A stretch of DNA of 64,000 nt from a phage, in assembly GCA_020857175.1 (NCBI GenBank), contig GCA_020857175.1_3048.1; one strand, given 5' to 3'. How positions within the stretch are numbered: the first letter of the stretch is position 1; each line of letters begins with the position of its first letter. Shown piece by piece: positions 53,979 through 63,952 of the stretch. A model generated the notes under the pieces. The model did no database searches, was not told the DNA's origin, and saw only the letters and a program-made list of their open reading frames with translations. The position numbers were made by a program, and so were the translations under genes.

Positions 53979-54120
53979 TGAAAGCTTTAACTAGTGCTTT
54001 ATTAACTTCAGCATATTGAGTAGTAGCCCATTGAACGTCATCTTTCATCATTGTGATCTCTTTAGTAAACATGCTTTCGTTCTTAAACCACCCCATAAAA
54101 ACTACCTTTACCAATTCCAT
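53938..54120 (-). CDS. dmd: Dmd-like antitoxin (inhibitor of host RnlA/LsoA)
   Basis: 60 aa MELVKVVFMGWFKNESMFTKEI... at 61.5 position next to gene 41. Confidence 0.55.
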   Translation of the reverse strand: MELVKVVFMGWFKNESMFTKEITMMKDDVQWATTQYAEVNKALVKAFIDDKKVCEVDCRG

Positions 54121-54178
54121 AACAATCTCCTCATTTAACCAACAAGACTACTATACCATAGTCTTGTCAGCTTGTAAA

Positions 54179-55606
54179 CTAAAATTTTAATTCATTTGCC
54201 AAAGCATCTAACTGAGCTCGAGCGGATTCGTTTCTTTGATAGCGATTCTGTTCAGCCTGAATTTGCTGTGAACCTGCTACTTCGTTCACTTCAGTTGGAG
54301 TAGAATCTTGTTCAATTTCTACCCATTTCTGATTTCCTTTTTGAACACCCATCAAAAACTTATTCCATTTATTCTTATCACCGTATCGTGATTTGATTTG
54401 CTTAATGAGTTGTTGTTCAGCAGCTGCTAGCTCCTCGGTTTCAATGACCGCAAGCATAAAATCAGCTGTTGCTGGAAGACCGGCAGATTCTGCAATATCG
54501 CTCATGTTAACATCAGAAGAATCCCAAGCTTGTTTACCAACCTGTGCTGCAGTCCAAAGAACAGTTTCGGTTTCAACAGCAAGAGCACGTAATTCCTCTG
54601 CAATGGCTTTAACAGTTGTGTAACTATTTTCTGAGTAAACTCTAATGCGGCAAGATTTACAAATACCCAGATAGTCGACAATAATGATTGTTGGAACAAA
54701 ATTCTTCTTGAGCTTTAATTCGTTTAAAAGCGAACGAAATGTATTAGCATCTGCTCCACCAGTAGGATACTGTTTAACTATTAAACGACCGAGAGTAGAT
54801 TTCTCGCGCCATTTTTCCATTTTTCCTTTATACTCAGCGTAAGAAATATGCCCGTCATCAATGTCATCAAGAGAAACATCAAGCATATTAGCATCAATAC
54901 GCTTAGCACAGACTTCTTCTGCCATTTCCATGGAAATGTAAAGAACATTATGTCCGAGCTGCAAATAATCTGCTGCCAATGAACACAGACCTAATGACTT
55001 ACCGACGTTAACACCAGCCATTAAAACGTTCAGTGTTCCAGTTTCAGCTCCACCTTTAGTAATTTTATTTAGAATTTTGAGTCTAAATGGAACCTTACGA
55101 GCTTTATTCATATAAGATAGCCAACGTGCTTCGTAGTCATCCATCCAATCATGACCAACGTAACTATCAAATGAAATTGATAATGCTTGGCGCATGATGT
55201 CAGGAATAGCACCTACATCTGGCATTTTCTTATTTCGTTTTTCCGGAGGAAGCTCAGCATTAGTTTGAATTTCAATTATTTTAGACGTAGCATTAAACAT
55301 CGCCCTTTGCTGAACATATTTTTCTGTTTCTTTTACTAACCAGCTATGGTCTTCTGGAGAATCGGCTAGTTTCGAAATAAGTGTTTTTACACCAGAATAT
55401 TCTGTTTCAGTAAATGAACTATTTTCTAATGCAACATTTAACGCATTAATAGATGGAACGCTATGGTACTCATTAACATGAGATTTAATTAATTTGAATG
55501 TATTTTTAGCTGGACCACTTTCAAAATATTCTGAATCCATATATGGCCAAACTTTTGAAAAATAAGCTTGATCAAATATGAGATGGGAAAGAATAATTTC
55601 TACCAC
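54179..55606 (-). CDS. 41: replicative DNA helicase gp41
   Basis: 475 aa DnaB-family, Walker A GVNVGKS; same length as T4 gp41. Confidence 0.9.
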   Translation of the reverse strand: MVEIILSHLIFDQAYFSKVWPYMDSEYFESGPAKNTFKLIKSHVNEYHSVPSINALNVALENSSFTETEYSGVKTLISKLADSPEDHSWLVKETEKYVQQRAMFNATSKIIEIQTNAELPPEKRNKKMPDVGAIPDIMRQALSISFDSYVGHDWMDDYEARWLSYMNKARKVPFRLKILNKITKGGAETGTLNVLMAGVNVGKSLGLCSLAADYLQLGHNVLYISMEMAEEVCAKRIDANMLDVSLDDIDDGHISYAEYKGKMEKWREKSTLGRLIVKQYPTGGADANTFRSLLNELKLKKNFVPTIIIVDYLGICKSCRIRVYSENSYTTVKAIAEELRALAVETETVLWTAAQVGKQAWDSSDVNMSDIAESAGLPATADFMLAVIETEELAAAEQQLIKQIKSRYGDKNKWNKFLMGVQKGNQKWVEIEQDSTPTEVNEVAGSQQIQAEQNRYQRNESARAQLDALANELKF

Positions 55607-55615
55607 ACTTACTCC

Positions 55616-55978
55616 TTAAAAGAATTTAAACTTTTTCTTTGACCTTTTATTGAATGCATCTTGCAGTTGCATTGTAATACATTTTTCTACATGAGGAGCT
55701 AACTCAGCTTTTCTTTCTTGGTCAAGAACAGCAAAGTCCATTACAACCTTTCCATCAACCCAATCCAGTTTAGTTACATACACTATATGTGTAGAACCAT
55801 CTTCTAGTTTAATGACAATCTCCTGGATAACATTTTCCATAGCGGATTTAATTATCTTAAGAGACTCATTAAAAAGACGTTCTTTTCTTTCTTCTTCCCC
55901 CTCCGAAGAGGGAGATTCATCGATAATTTCTAGATCTAAATCTAAATCATCTTTATTCATTAAATTCTTCCATATCAC
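55616..55978 (-). CDS. 40: gp40 head vertex assembly chaperone-like
   Basis: 120-codon ORF between uvsX and 41. Confidence 0.55.
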   Translation of the reverse strand: MIWKNLMNKDDLDLDLEIIDESPSSEGEEERKERLFNESLKIIKSAMENVIQEIVIKLEDGSTHIVYVTKLDWVDGKVVMDFAVLDQERKAELAPHVEKCITMQLQDAFNKRSKKKFKFF

Positions 55979-57128
55979 TTAACTGTTCGAGGTCAGTTTC
56001 TAAATCAGCAGCTGATTTACTTTTACTTTCTGGAGATTTAAATTTTTCAACCTTTGAGTTAATCAATTCATCAACTTCAGCTTCAACAATTTCATTACTA
56101 TCAATAGCACCTAACTGATAAGCACGTTTAATAGCATCTCGGAATGGTTGATGCTTAAATAAAGGACCCCAGAATGTAGTGCAGTTAGTATCTTTTGCAC
56201 GCCAAGATTTTTCTTCGCGAATCATCTCGCCGGTTTCTTCATCAAGAAATTCACGAGCATACCAACCATTTTTAGGTTTTACCACAAATCCTAATTCTAG
56301 AGCCATATCTAACAATCCAGAATAAGGATCGATACCACCGTCAAATTTAACATCAATAAAGAATTTACTTTTTTCTTTAACGGTACGAGATTTTTCTACA
56401 TTTAGAACAAATTGATACCCCTGAAGATCAGAACCATCTTTAATCTGACGCTTACCGATAATGAATACGGTATCAGCCGAATACATTACGCCTGTACCAC
56501 CTGTCATCACGGTTTTACTAAACATTTCAATGGTTTCAATTGTATGGTTAACTGCAACACATGGAATATTTTTAATGCTAAAATAAGGAGTAACAATACG
56601 GAATAATGACTTCAGTGATTTAGCACGAGTCATATCTGCCACAGATTTTTCATTCAAGGCATCTTCAGTTTCTTTCTTAGAAGCCATATTACCAATTGAA
56701 TCGATGAATACAATAACTTTTTCACCACGCTCAATAGTTTCAAGCTGATTCACCATATCAATTTTCAGCTGTTCAACTGACTGGATTGGCGTATGAATTA
56801 CTCGTTCTGGGTCAACTCCCATAGACTTAAGATAAGCCGGAGTGATACCAAACTCTGAGTCATAGAACAAACAGATAGCATCAGGATACTTATTCAAATA
56901 AGCTGCTACCATTGTCAGTGACATATTAGATTTAAAATGTTTAGAAGGCCCTGCGAAAATAGTTAAACCAGACTGCATACCACCGTCCAACGCACCGCTA
57001 ATTGCAATATTCAGCATTGGAATTTTAGTACGAACCACATCCTTTTCATTAAAGAACTTGCTTTTAGTAAGCTCTGCAGTCATTTTAGAAGTGGAAGCTT
57101 TAATCAAACGGGATTTTAAATCAGACAT
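55953..57128 (-). CDS. uvsX: RecA-like recombinase UvsX
   Basis: 391 aa MSDLKSRLIKASTSK..., Walker A GPSKHFKS; same length as T4 UvsX. Confidence 0.9.
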   Translation of the reverse strand: MSDLKSRLIKASTSKMTAELTKSKFFNEKDVVRTKIPMLNIAISGALDGGMQSGLTIFAGPSKHFKSNMSLTMVAAYLNKYPDAICLFYDSEFGITPAYLKSMGVDPERVIHTPIQSVEQLKIDMVNQLETIERGEKVIVFIDSIGNMASKKETEDALNEKSVADMTRAKSLKSLFRIVTPYFSIKNIPCVAVNHTIETIEMFSKTVMTGGTGVMYSADTVFIIGKRQIKDGSDLQGYQFVLNVEKSRTVKEKSKFFIDVKFDGGIDPYSGLLDMALELGFVVKPKNGWYAREFLDEETGEMIREEKSWRAKDTNCTTFWGPLFKHQPFRDAIKRAYQLGAIDSNEIVEAEVDELINSKVEKFKSPESKSKSAADLETDLEQLSDMEEFNE

Positions 57129-57370
57129 TATATTTTTCCATAGGCAGCATTATATTTTACTCATGCTTATAATAAAGGGTATTGTTATACCCAGAGTTTA
57201 ACTACATCATATTTAATAATGAGATAATTATATCACCTTATCATTTAGCATTTACTTTTTGATTTCTTACTTTCATAAAGGTCATACAGATACAATCCAG
57301 CAAGACTAACTGCGGCAAATATTCCTAAGCCAGTAATGAATAATAAAGGTCCTAACATATTAACCTCAAA

Positions 57371-58447
57371 TTAAGCGGTGATATCGAGAACGCGAAGAAG
57401 CTCTTCTTGCCATTCTGATTTTAAACTTTGATACTTAAATAGGGTTTGATGTTGTATTGTAATCAATTCCCGCCTCAAGCACTCATTGGTTTTTAACTCA
57501 TTTACTAAAGTTTCAAAATCATTTTTATTCTTAACGTAGAATCTAGGGTCGTCAATAATAAGATGCTCGCTATCAAACTCTTCATCGATAAGCATCACAG
57601 CATCTGATGCCATGGCCTCCCAGACTCTAATTGTGATAAAATTATCATTGTAATCTTTATCACCAATGACTATAGTTGCTATCGCTTGGCTATTCGTGTC
57701 AATAACCAAATTTGATGCTATTTTTTGACTGAATGATGGAGCTACATTCCACGGAAATTTAGGATTTTTAAACTGTTTCTCTTTAATAGTTCCAAACATT
57801 TTAATATTTAAATTGGTATCAAAAAGAAATTCAACTATTTTAGACTCTCGTTGCCCACCTCTAAACGCGCCGCAGTACACAACGTCATATTTTTTAATAG
57901 TTTGATTCGCAGGTTTAAGTTTCTGTGAATGAATAAAATATCTATCTACAGGAAAGTAATCATACTCAAATTCTTTACCGTATCTTTCGGTTGTTTTCTT
58001 ATGAGCCTTTTTAGCAATTTCTAGATTTCTGCCCTGAGATATTACTTTAAAGTCAGATGACACAAATAAGTCTTCATCTTTGTATTCACTTGAAAATTTC
58101 TTTCTGCGAACTACCGGAAGAACTTGCATAAATCCAAGACGGCCATCAGTAAAAATATAATAAATTTTACTTCTATATTCAGCCATCAATTTATATGAAT
58201 TTAAAACGATTGGATTTTTCTTTCCACCGAAGAAATTGATAGCGCCATTAATTACTATTAGTCTATCGTATGAATTTATATCAGTTACTACATCAAATGA
58301 TATAGTGTATTCAGTATTTCGCATTGAAATTATATCAACGGAATGCCCTAATTCAGTTAAAGACCTGCCTATTAAAATAGTTTCGGCTGATGATACTATT
58401 TTAAAATCACTCACAGTATTACTTAAATTTAGAATAGCTATTTTCAT
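57371..58447 (-). CDS. DNA hmC beta-glucosyltransferase homolog (GT-B), diverged from T4
   Basis: 358 aa MKIAILNLSN...; motifs QRESK, EKQFKNPK, ITIRVWEAMASDAVMLIDEEFD recalled from T4 beta-gt but many substitutions. Confidence 0.7.
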   Translation of the reverse strand: MKIAILNLSNTVSDFKIVSSAETILIGRSLTELGHSVDIISMRNTEYTISFDVVTDINSYDRLIVINGAINFFGGKKNPIVLNSYKLMAEYRSKIYYIFTDGRLGFMQVLPVVRRKKFSSEYKDEDLFVSSDFKVISQGRNLEIAKKAHKKTTERYGKEFEYDYFPVDRYFIHSQKLKPANQTIKKYDVVYCGAFRGGQRESKIVEFLFDTNLNIKMFGTIKEKQFKNPKFPWNVAPSFSQKIASNLVIDTNSQAIATIVIGDKDYNDNFITIRVWEAMASDAVMLIDEEFDSEHLIIDDPRFYVKNKNDFETLVNELKTNECLRRELITIQHQTLFKYQSLKSEWQEELLRVLDITA

Positions 58448-59301
58448 GATATTTCCGTAACTTCAACTTTGTGAATAGCATTAAACTTATGAAATGCTTC
58501 TGATTTTTCTTTACGCGAAACGCACATGCGAAGAACCTTTAATGGCTCGTCTTCTTCACCCAACGATTTTCGTTTTTCAATATTAGAAGTTTTCCAACGA
58601 GCTTGCTCTGGAAACTCTCTATTGATTTGCTCAAGCGCTCTATTATGTTTAGAATTACTACGAATTGAACTACACCCGCCAGGAGCTTGTGCTTTTCCAG
58701 ATACAACTAGATATTTGAACAAGGCCAAATGCGGATAACCTTGATTAATTAAATTGAGAAATGCATACATATCTTCGCATAAATCAATTTTTCCATACCC
58801 AATTTGTTCTGTCGTAAGTTTTCCGAGGTCATACCATGTATTCGTGAATCCATATGAATTTTCACGATAATTACCCCAAGATGAAGTAATTTTAAAAATT
58901 GGTAGACGAGCATGACCGTGATAATACCCGCAATCCATGGCATCTTCAACATATTGAATCAATTCATAGAACTGTTCACGAGTTAATTGATTAATTTTAT
59001 CTACGCGCCGTTTATCGTCTCTCTTTCGTATTGAACTCATACGGATAGTAGTATCATCGTCAATCATCCAGATTCGTTGACCTGCATACATATCAGTAAT
59101 TGCTTTACGAGTACCGGCAATTCCATTAACATCATCAGGAATAGTTACAATTTTAGCTCTAGACCCATAGGCATCATAATAAGCTTTTTCTTCGTGTTCA
59201 CGCACTATAATATGCGGTTCATAATCAGTCGGAAACATATCAAGGGCAGAAACTGCCCCGACACGTTGATAACTTGGAATTACGAATTGAATCATTTCCA
59301 C
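58444..59301 (-). CDS. GT-A/GT2-like glycosyltransferase
   Basis: 285 aa; FVIPSYQR N-terminal strand and RIWMIDDDTT DxD motif; ATGA-coupled to beta-gt homolog and overlapping gene 42 end. Confidence 0.55.
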   Translation of the reverse strand: MEMIQFVIPSYQRVGAVSALDMFPTDYEPHIIVREHEEKAYYDAYGSRAKIVTIPDDVNGIAGTRKAITDMYAGQRIWMIDDDTTIRMSSIRKRDDKRRVDKINQLTREQFYELIQYVEDAMDCGYYHGHARLPIFKITSSWGNYRENSYGFTNTWYDLGKLTTEQIGYGKIDLCEDMYAFLNLINQGYPHLALFKYLVVSGKAQAPGGCSSIRSNSKHNRALEQINREFPEQARWKTSNIEKRKSLGEEDEPLKVLRMCVSRKEKSEAFHKFNAIHKVEVTEIS

Positions 59302-60032
59302 TCACCTTTATAGTCTTTTTTCACAATATGAGTTTCGCCAGTATTCCACCAATGATCAACCAAATAAAAATGACGAGAATATACATGAAGACTTCCAACA
59401 TTCCATATAATAGAACCTGCTTTATACTGACGAGTTGAATCGCCTGCATTCAAATCAGATACTAATTTATCTAATACGTATTTTTGCCATGCATAATCAT
59501 TACGGAATCCGAAGACCACGTCATTTGAGCGCATGCTTACTACCGCATTGACTTTCTTATCACGAATCAAGTACTGTACTGTATTAGTACACATGAAATC
59601 TGACATACCATCTTTATTGTAGTCAAACTGCATAGATGGACGAGTATAAATCATGATACCACGTCGAGAATCAGGATTTTGACCAAGTTCAGCTAAACAC
59701 ATATCATACTGGGCATAGTTATCTTCTGACCAAATAGCCCAACCATAATTCGAGTTAATTTCGCCTTTAGAAGATGCTACCTGCTGCCAAATCTTTGGTG
59801 TTTCACCTGGAATATCTTTAACAAACAAACTCTTAGATTTATACCATTCAAGTTCACGCTGAATGTATTCATCATTAAGAGCGCCAAAAATAAACGGTTC
59901 ATCTGCTACAAATGATGCGCCAATAATTTCAATAGTTTTAACACCAGTTTTATCAACTACGAAATCTTTTTCTTTTAATGCAAGCCCCAAATGAAGACGG
60001 ATTTCTTCAACTGTCATAGAGTCACTAATCAT
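59292..60032 (-). CDS. 42: dCMP hydroxymethylase gp42
   Basis: 246 aa, thymidylate-synthase-like, same length as T4 gp42. Confidence 0.85.
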   Translation of the reverse strand: MISDSMTVEEIRLHLGLALKEKDFVVDKTGVKTIEIIGASFVADEPFIFGALNDEYIQRELEWYKSKSLFVKDIPGETPKIWQQVASSKGEINSNYGWAIWSEDNYAQYDMCLAELGQNPDSRRGIMIYTRPSMQFDYNKDGMSDFMCTNTVQYLIRDKKVNAVVSMRSNDVVFGFRNDYAWQKYVLDKLVSDLNAGDSTRQYKAGSIIWNVGSLHVYSRHFYLVDHWWNTGETHIVKKDYKGEWK

Positions 60033-60039
60033 TTAAACC

Positions 60040-60189
60040 TCAATTGATACATTCATATTTAACTTGTAACAGTAATAAACTCCAACCTAAAATAATAGTT
60101 GGAATCATAAGAGGAACCGTTACACTATAGTATATACTTATTATAATCATCAAGATTAAAAGCAACACTGCTATAATTTTGCTTTTCAT
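60040..60189 (-). CDS. small membrane peptide (49 aa)
   Basis: codon-by-codon translation MKSKIIAVLLLILMIIISIYYSVTVPLM...; ATGA-coupled to imm. Confidence 0.35.
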   Translation of the reverse strand: MKSKIIAVLLLILMIIISIYYSVTVPLMIPTIILGWSLLLLQVKYECIN

Positions 60190-60437
60190 TCCTTCTCTCT
60201 GATGATAATTACCTGATTTGGTTGTGCAGACTTTTTAGTTTCACCCGCAATTGACCAAATAAATGTAATAAACCAACCAATAATTGACCAGTTAAACAGT
60301 AAAGATGTGAAAAAGATTCCTACTGTCGATTTTGACCCACGCATCAAAGCAATAAACCATGGAAGCATGTATATAATAATAGCCAACACGCCTGAAACTA
60401 AAACCATAAAAATTGAACCTGCTACTAAAGTTTCCAT
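60186..60437 (-). CDS. imm: superinfection immunity protein Imm
   Basis: 83 aa membrane protein, same length as T4 Imm, position next to 42. Confidence 0.75.
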   Translation of the reverse strand: METLVAGSIFMVLVSGVLAIIIYMLPWFIALMRGSKSTVGIFFTSLLFNWSIIGWFITFIWSIAGETKKSAQPNQVIIIREKE

Positions 60438-60444
60438 GTTTTCC

Positions 60445-60825
60445 TCACTTAGTCAAATTTTTTACGCATGAATTATAAGAATTCACTACATACTCCATCG
60501 GAGCATTTTTACCAGTACGCCATTGGTAATTATTAGCCCAATTAGCCCAAATTTCGGCGCAGTAGTTTTCAATTTTTTCTTCGTGTGTAATTACATCAGA
60601 ATTACGATATGCTTGAGCAGATTCATCTGGACGAATAGCTTCGTCAAAATTCGCCTGCATTTGTTCGACTGTTTGCTTTGGAGCTTCTTTATAACACTTG
60701 ACATTAGGATTATAAAATTTGCTTGAACAGTTTACAATTTTTCCTACATCAGACTGATTTACTACCGGTCCTTGAGCTACACAACCAGTAAGACCTAATG
60801 CAATAACCAAAATAGCGATTTTCAT
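60445..60825 (-). CDS. lipoprotein
   Basis: 126 aa, signal peptide with LTGC lipobox. Confidence 0.5.
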   Translation of the reverse strand: MKIAILVIALGLTGCVAQGPVVNQSDVGKIVNCSSKFYNPNVKCYKEAPKQTVEQMQANFDEAIRPDESAQAYRNSDVITHEEKIENYCAEIWANWANNYQWRTGKNAPMEYVVNSYNSCVKNLTK

Positions 60826-60835
60826 AATAATTTCC

Positions 60836-61084
60836 TCAAATGCAAGTAGTAATTACTCCAGTAGTGCTTATGCAGGTATTACCCATTTGCACACCTAAAG
60901 ATCCATTTGTATTCACATGAAGATTATCATCAATTTTAACTGATATTTTACCATTAGTGTGAATAACGGTGCTAGATTCAATCACAGGTTGAGTATCATT
61001 TTCAACACTAACAAATGGAACTGCTGCTAATGCAACTAAACAAACTGCTAAGCATCCCATAACAATTTTCATTTCATTCTCCAA
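60836..61084 (-). CDS. small secreted or membrane-anchored protein
   Basis: 82 aa with N-terminal hydrophobic signal-like segment. Confidence 0.45.
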   Translation of the reverse strand: MENEMKIVMGCLAVCLVALAAVPFVSVENDTQPVIESSTVIHTNGKISVKIDDNLHVNTNGSLGVQMGNTCISTTGVITTCI

Positions 61085-61104
61085 ATCCGTATCAGTAGTT
61101 GATA

Positions 61105-61140
61105 GTTGTATAGTACCATGGAAGAACAGTCTTGTAAACA
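61105..61140 (-). promoter_or_regulatory. early-type promoter
   Basis: minus-strand GTTTAC at 61134-61139 and GGTACTATACA -10. Confidence 0.45.
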
Positions 61141-61214
61141 GTTTTGTGAAAATTTTTTAGGGAATTCTAAATGTCCAGAATCATCTGTTTTTCATAAGTA
61201 TAGATTTATATTAC

Positions 61215-61242
61215 TTGTATGAAAAAGGGACCCGGAGGTCCC
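61215..61242 (-). terminator. rho-independent terminator downstream of gene 43
   Basis: GGGACC-CGGA-GGTCCC hairpin followed by T-run on minus strand. Confidence 0.55.
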
Positions 61243-61255
61243 TAGATTTATTCTA

Positions 61256-63952
61256 TCAGCCAAACAGGAAGTCTAACGAAGCTTTTTCTTCATAGTCCAT
61301 ACCAGCCGATTCACACATGCCCGCAAGCGGTTTAACAAACGATTTTTGGAACAAAGTTGAGTAGTCAATCCAAGACAGTACGTCAGAACGAATTTCTTTT
61401 GGAAGTTCTGTACCCGACGGCCAAGCAATGCATTTGTCACCAAATGGATTTCCTTCACGCAATGGAAGAACCATTACTTTATTTCCATCCAAAATTGGAG
61501 CTACACCTAAACCGCTAACAGCTCGACGATAAGTTAGCACACCGCGAATATGGAACGGGCATTTAAATCCTGGCCAACCTTTATCATCATATTTCGCTAT
61601 ATCGTTCGCAGTTTTTACTTCAGCAATAACTTTATAGTCAAGTTGACGATATTCTTTCTCGAAGTTCTTGTAGTATTCTTGGACAGACTCTTCACCTTCT
61701 TGAAGAATACGACGAATACTTTCTTCGAGAGCTTCTTGGACCGCTTTAGGCGTTGAACTCTGCTGAGTTTCCATACCCATGATTTTTAGATGCGGTTCAG
61801 CAAATCGTTTATCTTCCATATCATAAACGTTCAGAGCATAACGCTTTTTCGCTTTCCAAAATCCACCAATACCCTTTGAACCAAGTGGAGGGCAAGAAAT
61901 AGCTTCACGGTCCATATGCATCAGATGCTCGCGGTTATTCATATAATCACATAACTCACGATATGCAACATCAATCATAGGTTCCATCTTTTTCTTACCG
62001 AACTGATTCATAAATTCAACCAAATCGTTCTGCTCTTTGAATCGGTCAAGACCAACTTTTTCAATAACTTTATCTACACAAACATATACCGAATCAGTAT
62101 CACCTGCTGCGATGAAATCTTCGCCATTAGTTCCACATACTTTATTCAGATACTCATTAATTTTACGAGCAATCCACTGAATACCAACTTGGCCGAAAAT
62201 TGTGATAGCAGTAGCATTTCGCAAATCATAGTAACGGAAATGAATATTACCAAGAGCACCATAAAGACTGTTAATAAGAATTTTACGGTTCAGCTGATTT
62301 GTATTAGCAAGTGTAGCAGCTTTTTCACATTCCTCAATCAGACTATTGAGAACAGATTCAGTATAATTCGACAGTTCATTTAAGAAATCATCACTGAACT
62401 TAACATATCGTTCAACTTCTGGTTTAGTTGAACAAGACCCTGCGCCTTTCATAATAATCTTTTTAATAGCTTCGGCATTCATTTCTTCAGCGAACATTTT
62501 CTTTTTCCAGTCTTTACGCTGGAAAAATACTTTAGCGATTTCCTTTGGAATGATACCTTCTTGATGCTTATCATACATCCATCCATTCGGAGAACAAGAA
62601 TATTCATCACTCGGTTTAGGAGCTGTTCCTGCAATATATTCATGAATTGGATGAACTTTAAACTGACCACGAATAGTCTCAGGACTAATGTTAACCTGAC
62701 GAATAATGCTCGGATACAGAGACGTCAAGTCAAAACTCATAATATATCGACGAGCAATTGGTTTAGGTTCAAATACGAATGCACCCGGAAAACTCTGTTT
62801 AACGTGCGAACCCTGTTGAGGAATAACCTTATGTTCACCTTTCAATGAGTTAAAAATAATAGCATCCCAAGTTTTAATAGGACTCATTACACCAGAAAAA
62901 GGCATTTTAGCATAATAAGACATACTTAAAACTAGATCGATAAACCCGCGAATTTTATCAATTGCTTGAACTGATTCTACGTCAATGATGTTATAACTAA
63001 TGTATCGTTGATGATTAGTCTCACGAAGTTTATTAATAGGACCATCATACGGTAATTTACCTTTTTTGGTTTCATGTTGAGCAACTGATTCCAAAGAGAA
63101 TGACGGCAAATTAGTAAAAGCGAATTTCTTGTACAAATCTAAATAATCAAGAATAGATACGCCATCAATAGAATAAATTTCTTTGCTACCGTACATATTT
63201 TGAATTAGTTTAGATTTTACTCGACCGATTGGAGAGAAGCGTTTCATACTACGTTCACCGAGAACCATTTTAACACGATTCATGATATACGGAACGTCAA
63301 ATCCCTCAATATTCCAACCAGTAAAAATAGCAGGTCGTTTCTGTTCCCAGAGATTGATATATTCCATGAGCATATCACGCTCATTATCGAATGGCATATA
63401 AATTACTCGGTCAAGAATTTCTTGAGGAACTTCATCACCACCTTCACAGTCAAGCTTAGCAGCTAACTTTGCATCCCATTTTGATACTGAACCGTACATT
63501 GAATTCAAAAGGTCGAAAACATAAAAACGATCATCAATTGAATCATAATGAGTGATAGCATCAATTTCATATTCAGCTTTCATTGGATCAGGAAATTTAT
63601 CACCAGTAACCTCAATGTCACAGTTAGCTACACGAACAAATTTTCGGTCATAAACAATTTCTGAACCATACGTATCACTGATATAAGCGAGTTTAAAATC
63701 GTTCATACCAAGAGCTTCGAGACCGATGTCTTCCATTCGCTTCATCCAATCTCGAGCATCTTTCATTGATGGAAATTTTTGAGGAGCGCAATTTTTACCA
63801 TAGATGTCTTTGTACTTTGACTCTTCCTTACAATGTCTAAACATAGTTGGAAGATATTCTACTTCGCGAGTACGTTCCTTTCCATTTTCATCAATATAAC
63901 GTTCAACAATGTTATTTCCGACTGTTTCGATAGAGATATAAAATTCTTTCAT
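61256..63952 (-). CDS. 43: DNA polymerase gp43 (family B)
   Basis: 898 aa MKEFYISIETVGNNIVERYIDENGKERTREV...; exo motifs and DTDS polymerase motif; same length as T4 gp43. Confidence 0.95.
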   Translation of the reverse strand: MKEFYISIETVGNNIVERYIDENGKERTREVEYLPTMFRHCKEESKYKDIYGKNCAPQKFPSMKDARDWMKRMEDIGLEALGMNDFKLAYISDTYGSEIVYDRKFVRVANCDIEVTGDKFPDPMKAEYEIDAITHYDSIDDRFYVFDLLNSMYGSVSKWDAKLAAKLDCEGGDEVPQEILDRVIYMPFDNERDMLMEYINLWEQKRPAIFTGWNIEGFDVPYIMNRVKMVLGERSMKRFSPIGRVKSKLIQNMYGSKEIYSIDGVSILDYLDLYKKFAFTNLPSFSLESVAQHETKKGKLPYDGPINKLRETNHQRYISYNIIDVESVQAIDKIRGFIDLVLSMSYYAKMPFSGVMSPIKTWDAIIFNSLKGEHKVIPQQGSHVKQSFPGAFVFEPKPIARRYIMSFDLTSLYPSIIRQVNISPETIRGQFKVHPIHEYIAGTAPKPSDEYSCSPNGWMYDKHQEGIIPKEIAKVFFQRKDWKKKMFAEEMNAEAIKKIIMKGAGSCSTKPEVERYVKFSDDFLNELSNYTESVLNSLIEECEKAATLANTNQLNRKILINSLYGALGNIHFRYYDLRNATAITIFGQVGIQWIARKINEYLNKVCGTNGEDFIAAGDTDSVYVCVDKVIEKVGLDRFKEQNDLVEFMNQFGKKKMEPMIDVAYRELCDYMNNREHLMHMDREAISCPPLGSKGIGGFWKAKKRYALNVYDMEDKRFAEPHLKIMGMETQQSSTPKAVQEALEESIRRILQEGEESVQEYYKNFEKEYRQLDYKVIAEVKTANDIAKYDDKGWPGFKCPFHIRGVLTYRRAVSGLGVAPILDGNKVMVLPLREGNPFGDKCIAWPSGTELPKEIRSDVLSWIDYSTLFQKSFVKPLAGMCESAGMDYEEKASLDFLFG

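Noticed and set aside
57281-57358. Small ORF between uvsX and the beta-gt homolog
   Set aside because: Careful retranslation gives only about 25 codons (MLGPLLFITGLGIFAAVSLGWIVSV); too short to call with confidence.
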